Below are positions 9,224 to 18,062 of a stretch of 64,000 bases of DNA, piece by piece. Each line of letters opens with the position of its first letter. Within the stretch, counting starts at the first letter, position 1. Origin of the DNA: an uncultured Flavobacteriales bacterium (GTDB lineage: Bacteria > Bacteroidota > Bacteroidia > Flavobacteriales > BACL11). The position numbers and the translations under genes are program-made. The stretch covers positions 17,924-81,923 of the forward strand of contig CAJQHO010000001.1 in NCBI GenBank assembly GCA_905478185.1, in the 5' to 3' direction. The notes below the pieces were generated by a model. It was not told where the DNA came from. It worked only from the letters and a program-made list of their open reading frames with translations, and made no database searches.

Positions 9224-11299
9224 TTAGCTTAATAATTGAAATGCTATAAAACTAGATAAATAAGCCATTACACCCATGTACAAAAACTGAATGATTGGCC
9301 ATTTTATATGATTTGTTTCTCTATACACAATCGCAAGAGTACTCATACATTGCATTGCAAAAGCATAAAAAAGCATCAATGAGATTCCAACTGCTGGGGT
9401 AAAAAATTTCTCGCCATCCTGCCTCTTGACATCAGCCAATCTTTTTTGAATTGATCGAATATCATCATCACCAACACTATATATAGTAGACATAGTTCCT
9501 ACAAAGACTTCACGAGCTGCAAAAGAAGTAAGTAAAGAAATTCCTATTTTCCAATCAAAACCAAGTGGCTTAATTGCTGGCTCAATTGATTTTCCTATTA
9601 TTCCAGCATAAGAATGCTCTAATTTATCAGCTGAAATCTGCATTTCTGCATTTTCAATCCCTGCCCACTTTTGTTCAATTTGCTCAAACTTATTGCCAGG
9701 AGCAAAAGATGAAAGCACCCAAAGTACAATTGAAATTGCAATAATTATCTTACCCGCATCAAATAAAAACACTTTTACTTTTTCAATAATAGTATAAAGT
9801 ACAGTTTTCCAATCAGGAATTTTATAAGAAGGCATTTCTATTATATAATAGGATCGCTCTTTTGACTTTATAATAAACTTCATTAAGAACGCAATTGCGA
9901 TTGCAGACACAAAGCCTATTAAATAAAATGCCATCATTACTAATCCTTGCAAGTTAAATCCTAAAAATTCATCAGCAGGAATAACCAAAGAAATAATTAA
10001 AGTATAAACGGGTAAGCGAGCTGAACAACTCATTAATGGAGTAACCATAATAGTAATCAATCTTTCCTTCCATGATGAGATTGTACGAGCTGACATTATT
10101 GCAGGAACAGCACACGCAGCGCCACTCAATAAAGGAATAATTGACCTCCCGTTTAAACCCACTCCCCTAAGGAGTTTATCAGTAATAAAACTTACCCGAG
10201 CCATATAACCTGTGTCTTCCAGGAAAGCAATAAATGCAAATAAAAATGCTATTTGAGGAACAAATATAACAATCCCTCCAAGGCCAGCTAAAATACCATT
10301 TACTACCAAGTCATTCAGCATTCCTTTAGGCATTGAATCAGCTGTAAACTGCTGTAAATTTGTAAACAATTCATCAATCAATTCCATTGGGTATGCTGAC
10401 CAAGAAAATACTGCCTGAAAAAGTAAAAATAAAATTGATAAGAAAACTACGTATCCAAAAATTGGATGAATCAAAACATCATCAATCTTTTTTGTAAGCA
10501 TATACTTTCCAGTAGGGGTTCCTTTTTTTACGGTAGACTTTATTACTTTATCTATCTGAGCATATCTCTTTACTGTTTCCTTAGCCTGAGCTCTTTCAGG
10601 AATAATCTCTTCTTTTTTACAAAGTTGATTTAAAGCACATCTATTATCTATTTCGCCACTTAATTTTTGCTTACAAAGCGCCATAAAAGACGCAAAATTA
10701 TTTTCTACTCCTCTAATTTTATTTGCTTGCTCAATTACTCCTTTAAATAATTTAGCCACTTCTAAAAAAGGAGATTTAGGTTTTTTATCAATAGAATCAA
10801 TAATTAGCTCTTTCAAAGCAACAATCCCCTTTCGTTTCCTTGCATTTATTGCAACAACAGGAATTCCTAATTCTCTTGAAAGTAAATTAACATCTACAAC
10901 AATTCCTTTTTTAGTAGCAATATCAACCATATTTAAGGCCAAAACAACCTCCATATTCAAGTCAATAATTTGAGTAAGCAGAAATATTGAACGCCTTAAA
11001 TTAGTTGCATCAGCTATGACGACTGTTACATCTGGATAATCTTCATTATCATTATTACAGAGTGTTTGTTGCGCAACTTGTTCATCCATTGACTTTGGAA
11101 ATAAAGAATATGTTCCAGGTAAATCAATAATTTCTGCAAGAACTTTTTCTGATAGAATTGCCTTTCCAGTTTTCTTTTCTACAGTAATTCCTGGATAATT
11201 TCCAACTTTTTGTTTTAATCCTGTAAGTGCATTAAAGAGAGTAGTTTTTCCTGAATTAGGATTTCCTGTAAGAGCAATTTTTAAAGTTTCACTACTCAT
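9224..11299 (-). CDS. feoB: Ferrous iron transporter FeoB
   Basis: N-terminal G-domain GNPNSGKTTLFNALTG followed by a large polytopic membrane domain. 691 aa. Confidence 0.95.
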   Translation of the reverse strand: MSSETLKIALTGNPNSGKTTLFNALTGLKQKVGNYPGITVEKKTGKAILSEKVLAEIIDLPGTYSLFPKSMDEQVAQQTLCNNDNEDYPDVTVVIADATNLRRSIFLLTQIIDLNMEVVLALNMVDIATKKGIVVDVNLLSRELGIPVVAINARKRKGIVALKELIIDSIDKKPKSPFLEVAKLFKGVIEQANKIRGVENNFASFMALCKQKLSGEIDNRCALNQLCKKEEIIPERAQAKETVKRYAQIDKVIKSTVKKGTPTGKYMLTKKIDDVLIHPIFGYVVFLSILFLLFQAVFSWSAYPMELIDELFTNLQQFTADSMPKGMLNDLVVNGILAGLGGIVIFVPQIAFLFAFIAFLEDTGYMARVSFITDKLLRGVGLNGRSIIPLLSGAACAVPAIMSARTISSWKERLITIMVTPLMSCSARLPVYTLIISLVIPADEFLGFNLQGLVMMAFYLIGFVSAIAIAFLMKFIIKSKERSYYIIEMPSYKIPDWKTVLYTIIEKVKVFLFDAGKIIIAISIVLWVLSSFAPGNKFEQIEQKWAGIENAEMQISADKLEHSYAGIIGKSIEPAIKPLGFDWKIGISLLTSFAAREVFVGTMSTIYSVGDDDIRSIQKRLADVKRQDGEKFFTPAVGISLMLFYAFAMQCMSTLAIVYRETNHIKWPIIQFLYMGVMAYLSSFIAFQLLS

Positions 11300-11525
11300 T
11301 CTCTAATAATTTAACCACAATATTCATAGCATCTTCTTTTCTAATACTTAATACATATGACGAAATTAATATAGCTATTGGGCCTCCAAAAGGTGCTTTT
11401 CGGACAACTTCAAACTGCTCACCAGGAGTACATCCCATTTCTAACAATTTCTGTTCCAATAAATTATCTGAAATATCAAGCATTTCACCCTTTGCCCCTA
11501 TGCTTAAATCCGCTAAAATTTTCAT
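11292..11525 (-). CDS. feoA: Ferrous iron transport protein FeoA
   Basis: 77 aa small SH3-like protein directly upstream of, and overlapping, feoB. Confidence 0.85.
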   Translation of the reverse strand: MKILADLSIGAKGEMLDISDNLLEQKLLEMGCTPGEQFEVVRKAPFGGPIAILISSYVLSIRKEDAMNIVVKLLENE

Positions 11526-11573
11526 GGCGCGAATATAACTATTTAGAAGGATTCTAAACTAAATTACTTGAAA

Positions 11574-11693
11574 TTAATTAGCGTTTGATGAAAAATTAGG
11601 ACAAGTATTGCAACCATTTTTCTTTGTTGTTCCGCAAGAAGTAAGTAAAAACAAAGCAATAATAAATAAAAGATGATATTTTTGTATTCTCAT
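11574..11693 (-). CDS. Putative 39-aa Cys-rich lipoprotein (unannotated small ORF upstream of feoA)
   Basis: My translation: MRIQKYHLLFIIALFLLTSCGTTKKNGCNTCPNFSSNAN. It has a signal peptide plus lipobox LLTSC, and the mature 20-aa part carries 3 Cys. A TAAATTTG box sits at 11709-11702, just upstream on the same strand. Confidence 0.35.
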   Translation of the reverse strand: MRIQKYHLLFIIALFLLTSCGTTKKNGCNTCPNFSSNAN

Positions 11694-11734
11694 AAGTATC
11701 GCAAATTTAAACAAATTACTTAATTACTGCTCAA

Positions 11735-12475
11735 ATGTTAAAACTACTTGAACATCTAGGACAATACTTTATCATGATGAAGAAAGTGATGAGTAAACCT
11801 GAAAAATTTAAAGTTTTTTGGAAGCAATTATTGTTAGAAATTGAGAAAGCAGGGCTTAACTCAATAGGAATTGTACTTTTCATATCCTTTTTTGTGGGGG
11901 GGGTTGTGAGCATCCAAACTGCCATTAACATGAGTAATCCTTTACTCCCAAAATACTTAGTTGGATTAGCTAGCCGAGACTCATTAATTTTAGAATTTGC
12001 CCCAACTATGTTATCATTAATTCTGGCTGGAAAAGTAGGATCAAGCATTGCTTCTGAACTAGGAAGCATGAGGGTTAGTGAACAGATAGATGCCTTAGAA
12101 ATAATGGGAGTAAACTCAGCTTCATTTTTAATCCTTCCAAAAATCATTGCAACAATTTTCTTTTTCCCCTTTTTAGTAATAATTAGCATGGGTATAGGTA
12201 TGGTTGGTGCTTGGATTGGAGGGCTATCAGTAGACGTAACAACTGCAGATTTTCTATCAGGATTAAAATATGAGTTCAACCCTTTTTATGTGACCTATTC
12301 TCTAATAAAGACAGTAGTTTTTGCTTTTATCATAGCCTCAGTATCATCTTATTTTGGTTACTTTACAAAAGGAGGCTCAATTGCAGTTGGAAAATCCAGC
12401 ACAAAAGCAGTAGTATCTAGTAGTATTCTAATTCTAGTTTTTAATTTCATCCTTACAAATCTTCTTTTAGCATGA
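11735..12475 (+). CDS. ABC transporter permease, MlaE family
   Basis: 246 aa polytopic protein. EQIDALEIMG is the hallmark MlaE/Ttg2B motif. Confidence 0.85.
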   Translation: MLKLLEHLGQYFIMMKKVMSKPEKFKVFWKQLLLEIEKAGLNSIGIVLFISFFVGGVVSIQTAINMSNPLLPKYLVGLASRDSLILEFAPTMLSLILAGKVGSSIASELGSMRVSEQIDALEIMGVNSASFLILPKIIATIFFFPFLVIISMGIGMVGAWIGGLSVDVTTADFLSGLKYEFNPFYVTYSLIKTVVFAFIIASVSSYFGYFTKGGSIAVGKSSTKAVVSSSILILVFNFILTNLLLA

Positions 12476-13221
12476 TAGAAATTAAAAATATAGAAAAACA
12501 CTTTGGAGATAATCATGTTTTAAAAGACATTACACACAAGTTTGAACAAGGAAAAACAAATCTAATTATTGGAGAGAGTGGCTCAGGAAAAACTACTTTG
12601 CTGAAAATTTTAGTTGGGCTTTATAAAAATGACAATGGTTCAGTTTTTTTTGACGGAATAGATGTAAATAAAATGAAACGAAAAGAGGAGAAGGCTTTAC
12701 ACCAAGAAGTTGGAATGCTTTTTCAAGGAGGTGCGCTTTACGATTACATGACAGTTGAAGAAAACATTATGTTTCCACTCACAATGTTTACTGAAAAAAC
12801 TGAAGAAGAAAAACTTGAAAGAGTAAATTTCTGTTTAAACAGAGTAAACCTTAAAGGGGAAAATGACTTAATGCCATCTGAACTGAGTGGTGGAATGAAA
12901 AAAAGAGTTGCCATTGCAAGGGCAATAGTTATGCAACCTAAATATCTTTTTTGTGATGAACCAAACTCTGGGCTAGATCCAAAAACTTCAATTTTAATTG
13001 ATAACTTAATTCAAGAAATTACAAAAGAATACAATATTACAACTATTGTAAACACGCATGATATGAACTCAGTAATGGAAATTGGAGAGCATATTGCATA
13101 CATCAATAAAGGAGAGATTTGGTGGACAGGAAGCAAAGAAGATTTGATTAAATCAGAAAATAAAGAGTTAAATGACTTTGTATTTGCATCAGAATTATTC
13201 AAAAGAATAAAGAATGTCTAA
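12472..13221 (+). CDS. ABC transporter ATP-binding protein (MlaF-like)
   Basis: Walker A GESGSGKTT, signature LSGGMKKR, Walker B LFCDEPNSGLD. 4-nt overlap with the permease gene. Confidence 0.9.
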   Translation: MIEIKNIEKHFGDNHVLKDITHKFEQGKTNLIIGESGSGKTTLLKILVGLYKNDNGSVFFDGIDVNKMKRKEEKALHQEVGMLFQGGALYDYMTVEENIMFPLTMFTEKTEEEKLERVNFCLNRVNLKGENDLMPSELSGGMKKRVAIARAIVMQPKYLFCDEPNSGLDPKTSILIDNLIQEITKEYNITTIVNTHDMNSVMEIGEHIAYINKGEIWWTGSKEDLIKSENKELNDFVFASELFKRIKNV

Positions 13222-13973
13222 TGAAAAATGTAAGAGCTAAAAAACATCTTGGTCAACATTTTTTAAATGATGAGCAAATTGCATTTGATATAACAGATTT
13301 ATTATCAAATGGAGCGAAAAATGTGGTAGAAATTGGGCCAGGAATGGGTGTGCTAACTCAATACCTAGTAAAGAAAGATTGCAAAACAGAAGTAGTAGAA
13401 ATTGACAGAGAAAGTGTGTTTTATCTAAGATTAAACTACCCAGACTTAGAAATTCATGAAGGTGATTTTCTACAGCTTGATCTAAAAGAACAATACCCGT
13501 ACAGCTTTTCCTTAATTGGAAATTTTCCTTACAATATCTCCTCTCAAATATTATTTAAAGCATTTGAAAACAGAGATCAAATTCCTGAAGTTGTTGGGAT
13601 GTTTCAAAAGGAAGTAGCAGAAAGAATTGCCTGTAAAAAAGGTAAAAAAAGAGGAATACTTTCCGTTTTTCTGCAAGCTTTTTATGATGTTGAGTATTGC
13701 TTTACAGTTGATGAACATGTATTCAACCCACCTCCAAAAGTAAAATCAGGAGTAATAAAATTAGTAAGAAATAGCAGGAAAGAACTGCCTGTTGACGAGA
13801 AAAAATTTAAAAGAGTAGTAAAAGCAGGATATAATCAAAGGAGGAAAACTTTGAAAAATGCAATGAAACCATTTGAGTTAATAAATGAAAATGAAATTGC
13901 AGATTTATTAGCTTTACGAGCTGAACAATTATCAGTTGATGATTTTATAAAACTCACAAATCATGTCAGATAA
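13221..13973 (+). CDS. rsmA: 16S rRNA (adenine1518/1519-N6)-dimethyltransferase RsmA/KsgA
   Basis: N-terminal KKHLGQHFL, SAM motif VEIGPGMG, and IGNFPYNISS. Confidence 0.9.
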   Translation: MKNVRAKKHLGQHFLNDEQIAFDITDLLSNGAKNVVEIGPGMGVLTQYLVKKDCKTEVVEIDRESVFYLRLNYPDLEIHEGDFLQLDLKEQYPYSFSLIGNFPYNISSQILFKAFENRDQIPEVVGMFQKEVAERIACKKGKKRGILSVFLQAFYDVEYCFTVDEHVFNPPPKVKSGVIKLVRNSRKELPVDEKKFKRVVKAGYNQRRKTLKNAMKPFELINENEIADLLALRAEQLSVDDFIKLTNHVR

Positions 13974-15330
13974 AATAGAAATAAATAGCGCATATATTGA
14001 GGAGCTAACATCACTAATTGAAGCACAAAACTCAAAAGAGTTAATTTCAAGAATAGTAGAATTACACATTGCTGATATTGCTGAAATTATTGAAGATTTA
14101 TCATTAGAAAATGCAAAATACTTATTTGAACTTATCTCAGATGAGGAGAAATCAGCAGCAGTATTAGTTGAGCTAGAAGATGATACTAGAGAAGAACTAC
14201 TAGAGGATTTATCTGCTAAAGAAATTGCAAAAGAAGTAATTGATAACCTAGAATCAGATGATGCAGCAGATCTAATTGGAGAGTTATCAGAAGATAAAAA
14301 AGAAGAAGTTTTATCTCATATTGAAGATGAGGAGCTTGCAAGCGATATTAGCGATTTATTAAATTATCCTGAAGATACTGCTGGTGGGTTAATGGCAAAA
14401 GAGCTGATAAAAGTAAACGAAAACTGGAATACAGTTCAATGCCTTAAAGAAATGCGAAAGCAAGCAGATGATGTAAAGAAAGTTTACACTATATATGTAG
14501 TAGATGATAATGACAAATTACTTGGACTTCTTTCATTAAGAAAACTTTTACTTACAGAAAGATCAACTTCAATAAAAGATATTATCACTACAGAAATTAT
14601 ATCTGTAAAAGCTATAACTGATGATGAAGATGTTGCAAATATAATGCAGAAATACGATTTAGTTGCACTCCCTGTAATTGATGAATTAGGAAGATTAATT
14701 GGAAGAATTACAGTTGATGATGTAATGGATGTTGCAAAAGAAGAAGCCGAGAAAGATTATCAAATGGCGTCTGGCATATCAGAAGATGTAGAAAGCAGTG
14801 ATAGTGTATGGGAACTTACAAGAGCTCGATTACCTTGGTTACTTATCGGAATGATTGGCGGTTTATTAGGCGCAGAGGTTATTGGTATTTTTGATTTAAA
14901 AGAAAATCTTGAACTCGCATTTTTCATTCCCTTAATTGCTGCAATGGGAGGAAATGTTGGAGTGCAATCAGCAGCAATAGTTGTGCAAGGATTGGCAAAT
15001 GACTCCCTTAAAATGGAAAATTTATTTCAGAAATTGATAAAAGAATTAGGTGTAGGATTATTGAATGGGTTTATTTGTTCAGTTATTATTTTAGGTGCAG
15101 CTTTTGGTTTAGGATACAGTATGGAACTCAGCCTTACAGTAAGTATTTCACTACTAGCAGTCATTGTTTTTGCTGCAGTATTTGGGACATTTATTCCTTT
15201 AACATTAGAAAAATACAAGATTGATCCGGCATTAGCGACCGGTCCTTTTATCACTACAGTAAATGATGTACTTGGTTTGTTTATTTATTTCTGGATTGGA
15301 CAAGCTATTCTCGGGCAAGCCATACTATAA
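13963..15330 (+). CDS. mgtE: Magnesium transporter MgtE
   Basis: Acidic N-domain, CBS pair and a C-terminal 5-TM domain with the PFITTVNDVLGL motif. Confidence 0.95.
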   Translation: MSDKIEINSAYIEELTSLIEAQNSKELISRIVELHIADIAEIIEDLSLENAKYLFELISDEEKSAAVLVELEDDTREELLEDLSAKEIAKEVIDNLESDDAADLIGELSEDKKEEVLSHIEDEELASDISDLLNYPEDTAGGLMAKELIKVNENWNTVQCLKEMRKQADDVKKVYTIYVVDDNDKLLGLLSLRKLLLTERSTSIKDIITTEIISVKAITDDEDVANIMQKYDLVALPVIDELGRLIGRITVDDVMDVAKEEAEKDYQMASGISEDVESSDSVWELTRARLPWLLIGMIGGLLGAEVIGIFDLKENLELAFFIPLIAAMGGNVGVQSAAIVVQGLANDSLKMENLFQKLIKELGVGLLNGFICSVIILGAAFGLGYSMELSLTVSISLLAVIVFAAVFGTFIPLTLEKYKIDPALATGPFITTVNDVLGLFIYFWIGQAILGQAIL

Positions 15331-15331
15331 A

Positions 15332-16258
15332 ATGAAAATCCTTTTTATAGATACCATACATCCTCTTTTAAAAGGTGAATTAGAAAAAATAAACTACAAT
15401 TGCGATACAGCTTATAAAAAAAGTAAATCAGAAATTGAAGAAATTATCAGCAATTATGAGGGAATAATTATCAGAAGTAGATTTAAAATTGATAAGCAAT
15501 TTATTGACAAAGCAACTCACTTAAAATTTATAGCACGAGCAGGAAGTGGACTGGAAAACATAAACACAGAATACGCACAAAGTAAAAATATAAAATGCTA
15601 CAATGCTGCTGAAGGGAATAGACAAGCAGTTGCTGAACATGCACTTGGAATGCTCCTTTCTTTATTTAATAACCTTAATAAATCTGACCAAGAAGTGAGA
15701 AATGGAATTTGGGCAAGAGAAGCAAATAGAGGTGTAGAACTTTCAGGGAAGACTATAGGAATTATTGGTTTTGGGAATAACGGATCAGCTTTTGCAGAAG
15801 CATTAAAAGGGTTTGATGTGACTATATTAGCTTATGATAAATACCTAAATAATTACACCCACCAAAGTAGTATGGAAAACATCTTTAAAAAGGCAGATAT
15901 TGTAAGTCTACATATTCCATTAACTGAAGAAACTACTTGTTTGGCAGATGATGATTTTATAAATAGTTTTGAAAAGGATTTCTACCTGATAAATACTGCA
16001 AGAGGGAAATGCGTTAACACTATTAGCTTAGTAAAAGGGCTTAATAATGGAAAAATTAAGGGTGCTTGCCTTGATGTATTAGAATACGAAAAAACATCTT
16101 TTGAGAACTTGAGCAAAGACGGACTTACAACTGAAATGCAACACTTAATTGAAAGTGAAAAAACGATCCTCTCCCCTCATATTGCAGGCTGGACATACGA
16201 AAGTAACATTAAAATTGCTAAAATTTTGTTAGGGAAAATTACTTCTTCTCTTCAATAA
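15332..16258 (+). CDS. D-isomer-specific 2-hydroxyacid dehydrogenase (phosphoglycerate dehydrogenase-like)
   Basis: NAD motif GIIGFGNNGSAFA and catalytic-His region SPHIAGWT. Start moved to the ATG at 15332 (MKILFIDT...), because the track start at 15263 lies inside mgtE. Confidence 0.8.
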   Translation: MKILFIDTIHPLLKGELEKINYNCDTAYKKSKSEIEEIISNYEGIIIRSRFKIDKQFIDKATHLKFIARAGSGLENINTEYAQSKNIKCYNAAEGNRQAVAEHALGMLLSLFNNLNKSDQEVRNGIWAREANRGVELSGKTIGIIGFGNNGSAFAEALKGFDVTILAYDKYLNNYTHQSSMENIFKKADIVSLHIPLTEETTCLADDDFINSFEKDFYLINTARGKCVNTISLVKGLNNGKIKGACLDVLEYEKTSFENLSKDGLTTEMQHLIESEKTILSPHIAGWTYESNIKIAKILLGKITSSLQ

Positions 16259-18038
16259 GAGTTGCTATCTCCTCTCCCATTTTTTGCATACTAACAGCTG
16301 CATCATTTAATGAGTTAATAGCTGATTCCTTTACAGAATTAAAAGTGTCTCCAATAGAAGAAAACAATTCTTGATAATAGGAAATTCCTTCATTCATATT
16401 TGAAGTAAACCCATTCAAATATCTTCCTGATTTTCTTTCCCAATCTTCTTTGTGCTCTTCTATCTTTTCAGATAAGTATTTTAAATACATACCTAATTCA
16501 TTTACAAACATATGAGGCCTGTCAGTACGAACAATACCCTCATCACCATTATAGATGTGATGTGACATATCTTTTAGAGAAAGCTGCTGATTAAAATAAG
16601 CCATATTAGGACCAGGGCAAATTGAAACCCCTTTGCTTTCACGCGTCTCTATCCCATAGTTAATAACTGCTGTAGCTGCCAATCCCATACACAAACAGGT
16701 TTTGTCGGTAATTTGATCAGAAATTCCTTTCTCTTCAATTTTATTTTTTTGAAATAAACGAGAAGCGGTGCAAACTCCTTGCGTGCCATACTCATCACTC
16801 AATGCCAAGAATTTTCTAGGACAAGGACTCCCTGGTTTTCCCTCTTCAATTTTTTGAAATTTTTCTACATCTTTTGATGAATTTCTCAAGTTATTAAACG
16901 GAACTCCTAAAGGAGAGACATTACTTAAATACAAATCTTTTTCCTTTGCTTCTTGTAATTGTTTCATTGTCACTTTATCAACAGTAGTTGCTTCAGGAAC
17001 TAATAAAAATGGCGTCCCCCAACCTACAGTATCTAATTTGTAATGGTCAATTAAAAAATCATGTTCCTCAGCAGTTGCAACTCCACCTTGTGCTGTAATA
17101 GTAACAGCCAAAGTATCATTCGGCACTACTTTTCCATTAGCCTCTAATGCTGGTTTGCAAATTGCATAAAGTTCATCAACTAATTCTTGTCTTCTATCTC
17201 TGAATTCTGCTAATATTGGCCCCATTAAATAACCATCAGTTGCAAAGGCATGACCTCCACAATTCAATCCTGATTCAATACGATATTCTGAAATCCAAAG
17301 TCCTTTTTTAGCTAAAAATTTACCTTGAATAATTGCTGATCGATAATCAGAAACTTTTAAAATTATCTTCTTTTTAATATATCCGTTTGCATCAGGGAAA
17401 AAATCATCAAAATGAGCAATATACCCATACAGTCTTGGATTCATTCCTGCAGAGAAAATTACAGAAGAAGCTAAATCAGAATTAGCATATCCTCTTAATC
17501 CTGCATGAGCGTCATTATACTCTGAAGGTAACTCCTCTTTTTTAAAATAATTCTTCTTATCAACTTTAGTCATGATGTTTACATCAATGCTTCCCATTGA
17601 CAAATTATCCTTTAACCAAACTGATAAGTCCTCAAAACTAAATGAATTTTCAATTAAATTATTGAATTCTCGCTTAACATCACTACTGTCAGGCAACATT
17701 GCAAAATACTTCTTTACCTCTTCAAATTTATCTTTAGTAGAAGTAGTAAATTCATTAAATTTATCAGAAACAATTTTATTTACCACATCCAAATAAGCAG
17801 TAATTCTATCAGCTCTATAATCAACTGTATTATTCTTAATTTCATCATAATAAATATCATTCAAATCAGAATAATATTTTCTTAATCGCTCCAACAAAAC
17901 ATCATCAGCCAATGCAATTGCAGTATTGATACCATAATGCGCTACTTTTAATGGAGAATCTGCCGTAAAAGCTGTTCCCATTACAGGAATATGAAAAGTA
18001 TGTTGTGAAGTCATATTATCAATAAAAGTTGGCTGCAA
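16239..18038 (-). CDS. Large conserved-looking protein of unknown function (599 aa)
   Basis: Uninterrupted 1.8 kb ORF with no competing ORF, so it is coding-like. I cannot assign a family by eye. Notable strings are HIPVMGTAFTADSPLKVAHYGI and ESGLNCGGHAF, plus a C-terminal Cys cluster (CPRK, VCTA, TCLC, ICPGP). Confidence 0.6.
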   Translation of the reverse strand: MQPTFIDNMTSQHTFHIPVMGTAFTADSPLKVAHYGINTAIALADDVLLERLRKYYSDLNDIYYDEIKNNTVDYRADRITAYLDVVNKIVSDKFNEFTTSTKDKFEEVKKYFAMLPDSSDVKREFNNLIENSFSFEDLSVWLKDNLSMGSIDVNIMTKVDKKNYFKKEELPSEYNDAHAGLRGYANSDLASSVIFSAGMNPRLYGYIAHFDDFFPDANGYIKKKIILKVSDYRSAIIQGKFLAKKGLWISEYRIESGLNCGGHAFATDGYLMGPILAEFRDRRQELVDELYAICKPALEANGKVVPNDTLAVTITAQGGVATAEEHDFLIDHYKLDTVGWGTPFLLVPEATTVDKVTMKQLQEAKEKDLYLSNVSPLGVPFNNLRNSSKDVEKFQKIEEGKPGSPCPRKFLALSDEYGTQGVCTASRLFQKNKIEEKGISDQITDKTCLCMGLAATAVINYGIETRESKGVSICPGPNMAYFNQQLSLKDMSHHIYNGDEGIVRTDRPHMFVNELGMYLKYLSEKIEEHKEDWERKSGRYLNGFTSNMNEGISYYQELFSSIGDTFNSVKESAINSLNDAAVSMQKMGEEIATLIEEKK

Positions 18039-18062
18039 AGATACGGATTAAAAGGACATGAT

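Noticed and set aside
11731-12279. 182-aa minus-strand ORF fully inside the MlaE-family permease gene
   Set aside because: It is antisense to a gene with clear family motifs (EQIDALEIMG). Its translation is low-complexity with no motifs, and it has no separate start context. This is a typical shadow ORF.
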